A stretch of 64,000 nucleotides of DNA from Phoronis australis (Eukaryota > Animalia > Phoronida), in the NCBI GenBank assembly GCA_002633005.1, contig NMRA01000062.1:335022-399021 (forward strand), written 5' to 3'. Shown piece after piece: positions 48,501-64,000 of this stretch. The notes under the pieces were generated by a model. It was not told the origin of the DNA, made no database searches, and saw nothing but the letters and a program-made list of their open reading frames with translations. Each line of letters opens with the position of its first letter. Within the stretch, counting starts at the first letter, position 1. The position numbers and the translations under genes were made by a program.

Positions 48501-49551
48501 CTCCAGTGTATTGACCAAGGAACAATAGATGACCCATGTTGTTGATCTGATCAAAGGGTTTATATTGATAGCTTAACAGTTGTCATCAATAATTCACACA
48601 TCTGATTGTACTGTTTACACTTGATTATGTCTCCTATCCTCAGCTACACTGAACAGTGGTGAACATGTTGATGGAGTGGGTGCCAGCAAGGATGTGGCTG
48701 GTTAACATATACAATAAATCATAGCACTCTTCTAAAGATGAATCTCTATTCAGAGTTAATATTTATCCAACTCAAAATATCCTGTAAGGATTTTGTTAAA
48801 TAAAATGCCTAGTTTTCGTGTACCGAGTGATATGAGAATAAGACCGCTGTTTTGTAACAAAAATGTCTTGGGTTTTGCGAGTTAATTTGGCATAAAACCC
48901 AAACTAAGTGAATAATCAAAAATTTCTGACAGCGTTTTTGAGACATAACACAAAATTTTCATTTGATAAAAGTTTTAGTAAAATCGGCTGGGGGGTTATT
49001 TTGCTATGAACATACCTCGCTTGCACATGGAAATTTCGATTTAAAAATATGGTCACGTGACGATACTACAGACACAATGGTAAAAAGAATATTTTTAAAA
49101 TCCCCGAACTCTCTCCTTTCAGAAAATACAAACTTTTAATGGTTCACAAAGCATAGTTTTTTCTATGTCTGACTTAAGAGTTGAGGTCATTTACTAAGGT
49201 CCTAGATAACTTTAAAGGAGGTCGAATTGTACATCAGAAAAATGCCAGCAGAATTTTAAATACAAGGATTAGTCGTAAATAGATGAAAATAAAAATTACA
49301 ACTACAATGGGTGCAAAAAATCTGTTCAGACAAAAGTGCCCCCCCTCTTAAATCCGCCACTGATTTACCTGTAATCCATGTGGAATGGTGACCTTCTCAT
49401 ACTCCTCTCTTGGATGTTGGATCTTATCCAGGATAACATCCTGCACTGCTTTCCATGATTTGAATTTATAATATTTGTCACGAAACCTCTGTTGTTGTTC
49501 CGTGTCTTTATCAAACATAGAAAATCCAACACCTTTGGCCTGTATGGCCAT
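326..49551 (-). CDS. WDR87: WD40-repeat protein of the WDR87/WDR97 family; 35 coding exons, 3' end outside the window
   Basis: The exons join in one frame with matching intron phases (all GT-AG except one GC-AG). WD40 blades: FFLTASKDGVIKVWS, LLFSASLDGTVKVWRL, HDGPITGIDCS...FLTVSEDSSIKIWD. The motif CFANERGDILVG...YLP recalls WDR87 (CFANDRGDLLV, from memory). WDR97 paralogy is not excluded. Confidence 0.8.
1087..1122 (-). CDS. WDR87-like exon 34 (QQEEAERRRRLK), GC donor
   Basis: TTTTAG| acceptor; AAG|GCAAG is the only phase-0 donor before the in-frame stop. Confidence 0.72.
1771..2026. mobile_element. MITE with CAGGGCTTGGAAT TIRs, copy 1
   Basis: TIR pair, flanks TGTATC/TGTACC; interior homologous to 19460-19704. 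Confidence 0.85.
2703..2842 (-). CDS. WDR87-like exon 33, E/K/R-rich helix or coiled coil
   Basis: TDKLKKKRK...EERKRMEALKRAQEEKDRLRREREDRLKAL, |GTGAG donor. Confidence 0.85.
3448..3513 (-). CDS. WDR87-like exon 32 (SSKPKKPLEIGRRNPSTVDVY)
   Basis: TGCAG acceptor, weak GTCTGT donor, phase 1 to 1. Confidence 0.55.
3925..4066 (-). CDS. WDR87-like exon 31 (ESVSPLMFEIDKRG...RTVSE)
   Basis: CTGCAG acceptor; donor position less certain; phase 0 to 1. Confidence 0.7.
6268..6525. repeat. Degenerate tandem repeat (AATGAACATGGAAGATGACCCAAAAA core)
   Basis: about 7 diverged copies. Confidence 0.75.
6681..6824 (-). CDS. WDR87-like exon 30 (CDEDDEFIDPYKKLGV...YLPLE)
   Basis: pyrimidine-rich CACAG acceptor, GAG|GTAGC donor, phase 0 to 0. 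Confidence 0.75.
7740..7808 (-). CDS. WDR87-like exon 29 (LETHPDGKLPSSSLSDRSFVLSE)
   Basis: TTAG| and |GTGAG, phase 0 to 0. Confidence 0.7.
8585..8865 (+). repeat. Dispersed repeat family copy
   Basis: co-linear with 27582-27850; inverted partial copies at about 44915-45025 and 57500-57545. Confidence 0.65.
8910..9836 (+). mobile_element. 5'-truncated non-LTR retrotransposon (L2/Crack/CR1 group): ORF2 C-terminus, 3' UTR and tail
   Basis: KYLGLILDPNLKF..HID...LYYCIIQPHIDYCLPVWG...VQVIQNRAARAI. One in-frame TAG at 9295-9297, then APAYL...YSTRS...GKRSF...WNS..PEIK...FK..VKKWL* to about 9516. 3' stem-loop GAGGGCC...CACCCTC and AATAA-type tail. Confidence 0.9.
10485..10573 (-). CDS. WDR87-like exon 28 (WVPNSVIRDLMNL...)
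   Basis: canonical sites, phase 1 to 0. Confidence 0.85.
12035..12225 (-). CDS. WDR87-like exon 27 (SQQMADVV...KYPIAPDG)
   Basis: canonical sites, phase 2 to 1; joins exon 28 as PIAPDGWVPNSVIR. Confidence 0.88.
13263..13395 (-). CDS. WDR87-like exon 26 (KRVKQALP...SDKGG)
   Basis: canonical sites, phase 1 to 2. Confidence 0.8.
14390..14812. repeat. 34-bp minisatellite (two ~17-bp halves) interrupted by a LINE tail
   Basis: unit GGGATATCATGAGTTATGAGGATTATCATGACAA. Confidence 0.9.
14469..14553 (-). mobile_element. Tail-only copy of the same LINE family inside a minisatellite
   Basis: Reverse complement aligns with 9755-9836 (GGGCCC..TGGAAAGCA...CTGA..GG..ACCCTCATT.TAAATATC.CAATAA). Confidence 0.8.
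14878..14985 (-). CDS. WDR87-like exon 25 (RKAVAKRQASY...)
   Basis: canonical sites, phase 1 to 1. Confidence 0.72.
15683..15772 (-). CDS. WDR87-like exon 24, symmetric, possibly a cassette (AEQRWTFLRR...KKIR)
   Basis: TTTGCAG| and |GTATGT, 90 nt, phase 1 to 1. Confidence 0.6.
15845..16285. repeat. Large imperfect palindrome, MITE-like
   Basis: TTGTGTGAAAC...AAATTTTCAGCGCA (about 15866-15921) inverted at about 16206-16260; inner TAAATAAGGAC/GTCCTTATTTA. Confidence 0.65.
16789..17121. mobile_element. TTAA-flanked palindromic MITE
   Basis: TTAAAGTTGCTGGACC ... GGTCCAGTAACTTTAA, with further inverted homology inside. Confidence 0.75.
17889..17966 (-). CDS. WDR87-like exon 23 (QKAKLERLRKALTLYVDP...)
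   Basis: canonical sites, phase 1 to 1. Confidence 0.75.
18711..18826 (-). CDS. WDR87-like exon 22 (FDPDTLDKLPSNLESRREY...)
   Basis: GAG acceptor, |GTAAG donor, phase 2 to 1. Confidence 0.78.
19460..19704. mobile_element. MITE with CAGGGCTTGGAAT TIRs, copy 2
   Basis: perfect 13-bp TIRs, flanks TACAAC/CATAAC. Confidence 0.85.
20819..22182. mobile_element. Element with long inverted arms and TTAA-GG termini (Kolobok-like, non-autonomous)
   Basis: TAAGGTTATCTAGGA near 20820 versus TCCTAGATAACCTTA ending 22182; about 200 bp of inverted homology; related arms at 47001-47290 and 48835-49215. Confidence 0.65.
22997..23046 (-). CDS. WDR87-like exon 21 (EDIYEESVVFDHTLQLW)
   Basis: TTTCAG| and |GTGAG, phase 0 to 2, links the N and C halves. 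Confidence 0.8.
23128..23216. repeat. Perfect 44-bp tandem duplication
   Basis: ACCACACCCGAGTTGAGCACTAAATATACAAGTCACCTACTAAA twice. Confidence 0.9.
23827..23840. promoter_or_regulatory. RFX X-box
   Basis: GTTTCTATGGCAAC closely matches the X-box consensus; a second X-box-like GTGACTAGGCGAC lies at 23776-23788. Confidence 0.55.
26058..26124 (-). CDS. WDR87-like exon 20 (SVNVERYLPLSRLERLVINNIH)
   Basis: TTGCAG| and |GTGAG, phase 2 to 0. Confidence 0.85.
27408..27523 (-). CDS. WDR87-like exon 19 (IWDRSGQLVREMCFDGPVKGCCFANERGDILVG)
   Basis: canonical sites, family-type FANERGD motif. Confidence 0.92.
27582..27850 (+). repeat. Dispersed repeat family copy
   Basis: shares AACTACTTTCAC, GATTTACAA and CCAAGCCCAAAATGA blocks with 8585-8865. 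Confidence 0.65.
28975..29043 (-). CDS. WDR87-like exon 18 (ITGIDCSATLQIFLTVSEDSSIK)
   Basis: canonical sites, WD40 blade. Confidence 0.9.
29529..29646 (-). CDS. WDR87-like exon 17 (KLQMFWV...QHDGP)
   Basis: phase 2 to 0; supplies the H-x-G-P before ITGIDC of the next blade. Confidence 0.82.
30243..30310 (-). CDS. WDR87-like exon 16 (VTLTSHPIHICMLG...)
   Basis: TAG| and AAG|GTAAG, phase 0 to 2. Confidence 0.8.
31073..31297 (-). CDS. WDR87-like exon 15 (IVLVNSW...QAHGADV...LKIWG...)
   Basis: canonical sites, phase 0 to 0, AH...W WD blade. Confidence 0.85.
32361..32432 (-). CDS. WDR87-like exon 14 (DRALG...LVFAGTKSGQ)
   Basis: canonical sites, phase 0 to 0. Confidence 0.8.
32750..33160. repeat. 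~40-bp minisatellite abutting the exon 13 donor
   Basis: unit about TCTGAACCTGTTGCTCACAACTAGAGCTCATTTCACTATG. Confidence 0.9.
33167..33267 (-). CDS. WDR87-like exon 13 (IVVFGCSTNPC...)
   Basis: canonical sites, phase 1 to 0. Confidence 0.85.
33654..33720 (-). CDS. WDR87-like exon 12 (VLQQITYDRKDNRVYALMNCGD)
   Basis: canonical sites, phase 0 to 1. Confidence 0.85.
33942..34260. mobile_element. TTAAAG-terminal DNA-transposon arm
   Basis: TTAAAGTACATA terminus; shares CTCAAAAACGCTGTTAG core with 21062 and 47250; inverted relative at 47850-48187. Confidence 0.5.
34905..35222. repeat. ~51-bp tandem repeat
   Basis: unit about GTGGGCTCATACCACAGGGTGTGCTTATTTATACTGAGAGGTAAGTTGAAG. Confidence 0.85.
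35316..35834. mobile_element. Longer non-autonomous DNA transposon with CAGGGCTTGGAAT TIRs
   Basis: perfect 13-bp TIRs, exact 6-bp TSD TAAAAT, GC-richer interior. Confidence 0.88.
35902..35976 (-). CDS. WDR87-like exon 11 (DGGVRLMSPLTGDIITIIYP)
   Basis: canonical sites; DGxVRLxSPxTG motif recalled for this family. Confidence 0.88.
36890..36985 (-). CDS. WDR87-like exon 10 (FYGMFANTNSEV...RIVVVAN)
   Basis: TTACAG| and |GTAAGT, phase 0 to 0. Confidence 0.85.
37404..37511 (-). CDS. WDR87-like exon 9 (YQRLDCGEKV...VKVWEFNH)
   Basis: canonical sites, phase 0 to 0. Confidence 0.85.
38297..38510 (-). CDS. WDR87-like exon 8, two clear WD40 repeats
   Basis: CAFYPQRDFFLTASKDGVIKVWS...AHSDQVTALDLHSTDPLLFSASLDGTVKVWRLDTFEL. 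Confidence 0.92.
39487..39623 (-). CDS. WDR87-like exon 7 (WVMDMKVDSTNKQVLLL...)
   Basis: canonical sites, phase 0 to 2. Confidence 0.85.
41173..41229 (-). CDS. WDR87-like exon 6 (IRNYLTPGSKFVFQVKKNE)
   Basis: canonical sites, 57 nt, phase 0 to 0. Confidence 0.75.
41395..42160. repeat. 34-bp minisatellite, about 20 copies, decaying toward the exon 5 donor
   Basis: unit CCATCCACAGCCTACACTCTAACTCCGCCCACTC. Confidence 0.95.
42166..42241 (-). CDS. WDR87-like exon 5 (LVYIRDIDEVLVGGNGMVTSWKIEK)
   Basis: TTTTCAG| and AAG|GTAGG, phase 2 to 0, WD-like blade. Confidence 0.85.
43858..43961 (-). CDS. WDR87-like exon 4 (KFVAICKDMSLRLF...)
   Basis: canonical sites, phase 0 to 2. Confidence 0.85.
44563..44617 (-). 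CDS. WDR87-like exon 3 (VSGVKAQFIKFVYIPVKC)
   Basis: TTTCAG| and |GTGAG, phase 2 to 0, bridges exons 2 and 4. Confidence 0.75.
45232..45389 (-). CDS. WDR87-like exon 2 (LIHSLRCPQNIRSLLY...TLTK)
   Basis: TACAG| and |GTGAG, phase 0 to 2. Confidence 0.8.
45525..45722. repeat. ~40-bp tandem repeat
   Basis: GGCAGACAACTAGAATTTC...CTCACTTTTTTCATTAT, about 5 copies. Confidence 0.8.
47001..49215. mobile_element. Cluster of related TTAA-terminal DNA-transposon arms
   Basis: 47001-47290 resembles 20819-21100. 48835-49215 is an inverted copy of 20819-21160. 47850-48187 is an inverted relative of 33942-34260. Confidence 0.55.
48189..48349. mobile_element. Short GC-rich MITE (CAGGGGCGAATC ... AATCGGCCACTG)
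   Basis: imperfect TIRs, poly-G and poly-C interior, CTTTT on both flanks; a partial end recurs at 49339-49362. Confidence 0.7.
49369..49551 (-). CDS. WDR87-like coding exon 1 (MAIQAKG...IPHGLQ)
   Basis: ATG at 49551, upstream acceptor at 49608, donor CAG|GTAAA, phase 0. Confidence 0.75.
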
Positions 49552-50519
49552 AGTGCCTTAAAGTTACTCTCAGCTTTGAAGTAACAACTTTATAAACGCC
49601 TCAAATTCTGAAATAAAAGCATTAAATCTCTCGTTAATGAACCACCTTTTAAAAACATCAGTTACAATCTAGCCTACAGCTGCATGAGGCAAATTCCTTC
49701 ACTGTTGGTAGTTCTGTCATGAATTGTCATGGAAAAATCATGATTAATTAAACAGATCACCTGATCATAGTCGCAACATAAAGAAGCTAGCATGTTGGGA
49801 ATAAGCTATTCATCGAGGAAGAGTAACTGCAGAAACTGCATGCTAGGTAACATAACTTAATAATACCAGGTCTCTGTAGGCGCTAAAAAGAAAACTGCGA
49901 CCTTTCAGAAACTCAATACAAACAAATTGTAAAGTCATCTGATTAAAAAAGTTTTTAAATCAGTTGGTCATAAGTAAATAAATGATTTTTAACATGTGGT
50001 TAAGTACTCTGTTAAGAGGATTGAATTTAATTAAATTATTTGTGAAGTTTGTAAAGAATCCAGCACACCAGTGGTCAGCTGATTGAGGTCCGCTATTCAG
50101 TTGAGGAAACTGAATTCTCTAAATCAGGGACCACTACTATCCTAGACTTAAAGAGTACCATTAAGTTACCCACTAGGACCACCAATTGAATGCAAACCCT
50201 GCCACCCGTCAGGCGACAGGGCCAGTGACCACCGTCTCTAGCTGGCCAGTACTAAGGAGTTCAACTGGACGGTGGTCACTGTCTAGCGAGTAGCGATAGT
50301 CGGTGGACGGCCAGCTACTAACTTGCCAACTAGTCACCATTCTGAACTCGAGCTATGCCAAACTCCTGCACCCTACACTTAGAATAGTTTAAAGCAAAGG
50401 CTCTGCTCCATTCCAGCTAAAATGAACAAAACAATTATCCGAAGCACTGTACAGTACTCAAACGGCTCATTTCTTCCTTCCAGGCTAAATCGCCAAATTG
50501 AAAACACCAGTGCCAGTGG

Positions 50520-50810
50520 CGGTGTCAGTGTCCGGTCCGACTGTAAGTCGCCACGACAAAAAGCAGACGAAATTACTTCAAGAGGAAATCTATCACGAAT
50601 GTTACTTACAACCAACTTAATAATGCCAAAATCGTTCAAAACTCTGATATCTATTCAGTCCGGCTTCGCTACACATAAAACCTCTGAAAACTTCGCATCG
50701 ATTTCTGTCCTGTTTTCAACAAGTCGCCATGTGATTCTCTGTTATGGTACAAATGACGTCATTTGATTGTGGCGCTGCGGCAGGCACGACGTCTGACGGA
50801 CAGGCGACAA
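50520..50810 (-). promoter_or_regulatory. Probable promoter and non-coding first exon of the WDR87-like gene, with a full CRE
   Basis: CpG-richer patch, palindrome CAAATGACGTCATTTG at 50750-50765, minus-strand donor GTAAGT near 50604-50609 upstream of the 49608 acceptor. Confidence 0.5.
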
Positions 50811-51015
50811 ACTTTGGATTTTTAAAGCAATGATTTTTGACAAAAAATCAACGATGTTTCAATTGGGAAAAACTTTATCATACGATCCCAGAATAGCAAA
50901 GTACACTTGACGATTTTTGTCTACCTGAAATAACTGTCGGTTCAGTGAAATTCGAACAGTTTTACAACGTGGCCCAAACACGACTTATATGACACGAATA
51001 GGCATCATTGCATTG

Positions 51016-51376
51016 TTAAAAGGATAGTAAACCCTGATGATTTCAACCAGTCCTCGTTGTGTCACCTGCTAATGCATCATTGGTGTCAATCTTAAAAAAG
51101 TAAAAGCAGGAATCAACTAAAACTGTATACTTCGTACGTCACGGGTTGGATATTATTATTCTTGCTGGGTGGTCTTCCCTACAGTTGCCGTGTAATTTGT
51201 GAAAGCGTAGGTCACGCTTGACCGTTTGGCAAACTTTGAAAGGAGTTTTCAAATTTTCCTACAAACTTTTGAGGGTTGTCGAAGGTTACAGAGGATTATT
51301 TTATTTCACTTGAGAATTGGATTGGAAAGTGGTTTTTCTGTTCAATAGGCCAAAACTGGGTTTGGTATCCTTTTAA
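51016..51376. mobile_element. TTAA-flanked MITE, copy A
   Basis: TTAAAAGGATAGTAAACCC ... GGGTTTGGTATCCTTTTAA; paralog at 51846-52234, partial end at about 52990-53075. Confidence 0.75.
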
Positions 51377-51845
51377 TTGACTTAGGAAATAGTTTAATTC
51401 TCGAACAGGAGATCTCGAATTGAACTTGTCCCGTATTTTCACGCGTTCAGTATGCCGCGTGAGCTGTCAGCTGACAGCGTTCCCTACATCAGGCGTAGCC
51501 AATGTCTCAGCTAACTGTCTGCACTGTTCCTTAATTAGGTCTCATTCCTCATTCCCAGTCCGACACCGTGAAATTTTGTTGAAATGAAAGAGGGAGGGGG
51601 GGGGGGCGAAGTCGAATAGGTTGTTACCCTCCTAATAATTTTTACTTCCCTATGTGGGCCTGCTAGTCCAAGACGTCTATCCAATGTGTTTTTCGGCAGT
51701 AAAACCTACAATACTATGGTGTGCTGACTTACGGCGTGTCTGGACTTTGATATGCTATTTGGGGTACATATGATACAGGTTTACCCGACAATTCCAGTAC
51801 GTCAAACTGCTCCGAAACATTGATTTCTAAAGTGAGAGGTGAAAA

Positions 51846-52234
51846 TTAAAAGTTTACTAAACCCTGTTTTGATGATTCCTACTACTCGTTCTGTGGCCTG
51901 CTAATGCATCATTGGCGTCAATTTTCCAAGTTAAAGGTAGGACTCAAATAAAAACTCATACTCCCTATGTCACAGATTGGACATTATTGTCCTTGGCGGC
52001 TGGTCTTTCCCACAATAGCCATATACATATTCGCCAAAAGCGTAGGTTACGCTGTCCGTTTAACAGACTCTAAATGGAGTTTTCAAATTACCCCCCCCCC
52101 CCNNNCCCCCCCCCCCCAATTTTGACGGTTGTCGAGGGTTACACTGAGAACGTTATTTTGTTTCAAAGAACAGGATGGGAATGTCGTTTTTAGTTTCTGC
52201 TGATAGACCCAAACCGAGGTTGGTATCCTTTTAA
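51846..52234. mobile_element. TTAA-flanked MITE, copy B (contains the NNN gap in a poly-C run)
   Basis: co-linear with 51016-51376. Confidence 0.72.
52103..52105. other. Ambiguous bases (NNN) in a poly-C run
   Basis: seen directly. Confidence 0.99.
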
Positions 52235-53207
52235 TGGCAAAAACAAGGTTGTGATGATCAATTCCATACGGGCGTTATTTCAAAAGAGTACAAAAAATTC
52301 ATTAACATTTAAAATGTTCTCCAACAAAGACAATATAACACGACACGTAATAATAACAACGTCTGTACAAATGTTGAAACTTGTGCTATCAACTTCGGTC
52401 ATACCCGAAGATGGAGTGTATGAAAATATGTATATGTATTCAATACTTTTACACAATTTAATTGAGTAAAAATGTGCAGAATTACCGATTCCTTAGAAGC
52501 CTGAAGAAGCTTAGTTTTTTGCAATTCCGTACTCAATTTCAATAAAAAATGCGGCACTTTGTCTACTTTGAATAACTGGCAAAAGGCGCTTGTAGAGCGC
52601 CGCTAAAGTGCCTGGCGGACAGTTACCAACAGCGGATTGGCATAGATATCTCCAACAGTCTTGTGAGCGCTTTTAATTGCCTATCTTACCAGACATTATC
52701 ATATTTTACAAATTATATTTTCACCCATATTCTTTGTATTTGTATTCTGTCATAATAAATGACCTCATTTCGCCAACCTCGGCCTCCTTTCCATCTATGG
52801 TAACGAGCTTGTCACGCACGTATTTTGCTTGGGACATATGTCAAACACGAATAGTATTCCAGATAACCATCAGCGGGATACCCAAGTCATTTTCACAGAG
52901 ACAGCTTCTGAGGCTTCAATGATTAGCTTTATTTTCCAGTTTTAATAACTTTCGATGTACATGGCGACTCCTAAAAAGCTATCTTTCAAGGCCGAGAGTA
53001 TTTTGTTTCAGAGAACTGGAAGGAAATGTTTTTAATAACTGTTCATAGGTCAGAACAGGGTATCGTGTCCTTTTAAGTGGTCGTTTTCACAAAATCTTTC
53101 TAAATGTTGTGTAACTGGAGTGTATTTGGCTGGATTTCTGATCGCTTCATTCCATTTTACTGAGGACAAAAGGGTCTTCAACAAGCAAGACATTCAAGAA
53201 AAAAATC

Positions 53208-53213
53208 TTTATT
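53208..53213 (-). terminator. Candidate distal poly(A) signal (AATAAA) of HSC70
   Basis: minus-strand AATAAA followed by a U-rich tract; alternatives at 53610-53615 (AATAAA) and 55485-55490 (ATTAAA). Confidence 0.35.
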
Positions 53214-53869
53214 TCAACAAGCACCAGAGCGGAACTAAAGTGACAAATCTAAGAGGGAACCTCGAGCATATCAAGCTTAATTACTACACAGCAATCAACT
53301 GTAACGCAAAAGTAAAGTGCAACAAAAGGCCATCCCGAACAAGACTGGGTACAGACACAATAAAACCATTATTAATCCAACAGTACACAAGCTTAGGAAA
53401 CCATTTATGGCAAACTTTATACTTCTGTATAAACTCACAGAAAAGCCGAAAGGCTGTAAAATCTGGTTTCATGCTCTACGAATAAGAAACTAAGTAAAAA
53501 AATTCAGTTAATACCAATAACAATTTCTAAACAAATTTCATTCAAAATTAAAAAACGGACGATCATCCTATCTTAACCTTACTTTGGCCAAACACTGATG
53601 TAATTAACTTTTATTCATTGAGAGACTCCTGCAAGACAGCTCAAAACTTGGTCACTGCTTGGTTATCAATGACAATTCACACAAACCTAAGACAAAGGTA
53701 ACTCACTGAGACAACATATGACACATTCAGGAACACAGGAACTGAAAATTGAGACTAGGCGTTTATATGGCACATAAAATGTCTGAATACCTGAACAAAA
53801 ATGTAACTGAGGCTAAATCACACAAGGATGCAACAATCCTCAAACAAGTATACCCAAGCTTACTGTGGC

Positions 53870-54810
53870 TGGGACATACACTATCAAACTTTACACTGTA
53901 GATTGGAAAACCTACCTGTAATATGGCACAAAACATGGTGTACACACACTGTCATACTTTACACTGTAGACTGGAAAGGCTACTTGTCATATGGCACAAA
54001 GCATGGTGTACATACATTGTCAAACTTTACACTGTAGATTGGAAAATCTACTAGTAATATGGCACATAACATGGCGTACACACACTGTCAAAGTTTACAC
54101 TGTAGATTGGAACGGGCTATTTGTAAGAAGACACATAACATGGAGCACACACATGGTCAAACTTTACACTGTTGATTGGAAAGACTACTTGTAATATGGC
54201 ACATAACACAGTGTACACACTGCCAAACTTTACACTGTAGATTGGAAAACTTATTTGTAATATGGCACATAACATGGAATACACACAATGTCGAACTTAA
54301 CAATGCAGACTGTAAAAGGCTACTTGTAATGGGACAAATAACATGGAGGACACACACTGTCGAACTTAACACTGTACACTGGAAAGGCTACTTGTAATAT
54401 GGCACATAACATGGAGTACACACACTGTCAAACTTTACACAGTAGACTAGAAGGTCTACTTGTAATATGGCACATAACATGGTGTACACATACTGTCAAA
54501 CTTTACACTGTAGACTGGGAGGGCTACTTGTAATATGGCACATAACACGGCCAAACTTTACACTGTAGATTGGAAAACCTACTTGTAATATGGCACATAA
54601 CATGGTGTACACACACTGTCAAAGTTTACACTGTAGATTGGTAACCTACTTGAATATGGCACATAACATGGTGTACACACACTGTCAAAGTTTACACTGT
54701 AGATTGGTAACCTACCTGTAATATGGCACATAACATGGTGTACACCCACTATCAAGCTTTACACTGTAGATAGGAAAAGCTATTTTTAGAACAGTACATA
54801 ACATGTACAA
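53870..54810. repeat. 68-bp minisatellite, about 14 copies
   Basis: unit TGTCAAACTTTACACTGTAGATTGGAAAACCTACTTGTAATATGGCACATAACATGGTGTACACACAC. Confidence 0.95.
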
Positions 54811-55646
54811 ATTCAAACCTATAGCTTGATCACCAGTCTTGCTCAATAGACATGGAACAGAGAATAAGAAAAAACTTCATATAAAATAAACTGTGACTGA
54901 CCCAAGCGCAGCATAACAAAACATTGCCGGATGCTCAGAAACAGAATGAGGAATTAAACTAAACTACTAAAAAAGTAATGCTCACATCGTTTTTGGACAC
55001 GAATTGACAGAAACGATCAATTTGAAAAAAAATCAAAAATGCAATTATAGTAGGAACCAAGAGAAACACGCTTATGCCAATTATATTGCAAATATTCTCT
55101 TAAGTAATTTCACATACAGTGTTCAGAATTGAAAGCGACAAAGTGTAATCTCTTAACTTCATTCTGGCAAAACACATACCACAATGTTTGTCACGAATTT
55201 CAAAATATATTTGGAAAAGCCAGCTTTGTGATTTTCCCACCAAGTTAGCCATAATAATCTGATGTGAGCATTATTTTTTGTTTAGTAGTATTTCTAGTAA
55301 AAGTTAACGAGTAACAATAACAATATTATCAATAACCCCAAAATGCCTATTCTATAGCTTAGTGTAATAAATTGGAGGAAACATCCCAAAATTTAAGACA
55401 CTGAAAATTGATTATTTTCATAAAACACGGGCTCTGTCAGCAACATTGGAAGAAATGATATGACATCCAACACGGTGGAAATATTTTAATTCGTGAGGAA
55501 CCATGCCGTTTAAAATGAGAAATTGATGAAGCATCACATTTTTTCATCAGGTTTCAGTGTCCCAAATCAAAGACTGCCGTCATGCAGTCATGGAAAGTTT
55601 GCCCCACGTAAATCGGGCAATATGTTGCAAGCGCCTTTCAATTCAA

Positions 55647-63990
<8,344 letters not shown>

Positions 63991-64000
63991 CTGTCGCAAA

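Noticed and set aside
53763-54397. Repetitive ORFs over the 68-bp array
   Set aside because: By-products of the minisatellite; unit length is not a multiple of 3
41395-54810. Repeat arrays at 41.4 kb and 53.9 kb as CRISPR arrays
   Set aside because: Units are head-to-tail with no unique spacers, there are no cas genes, and the context is eukaryotic

Overview
This is AT-rich eukaryotic (animal) genomic DNA, probably a marine invertebrate; the taxon is inferred only from repeat style and intron density. It holds two intron-rich protein-coding genes, both on the minus strand. (1) A ~50 kb WDR87/WDR97-family WD40 gene, assembled by hand into 35 phase-consistent coding exons (49551 down to 326, about 1270 aa), which continues past the left edge. 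(2) A cytosolic HSP70/HSC70 (HSPA8-type) gene with 8 coding exons (63990 to 55647) ending GPTIEEVD; its first coding exon lies beyond the right edge. Introns carry a 5'-truncated L2/CR1-group LINE, several MITE families (one with an unusual 6-bp target duplication), minisatellites and hairpins. The most interesting region is the WD40 gene hinge (about 18.7-26 kb), between the propeller half and the charged/helical half. It contains a 15-nt microexon candidate, a 30-nt stop-containing cassette, paired RFX X-boxes, and an in-frame alternative first exon inside an inverted-repeat element. Together these suggest the locus can be expressed whole or as separate N- and C-terminal products. Exon/intron junctions have also repeatedly seeded local tandem duplications that leave decoy splice sites. 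All calls come from manual reading; no database search was run.
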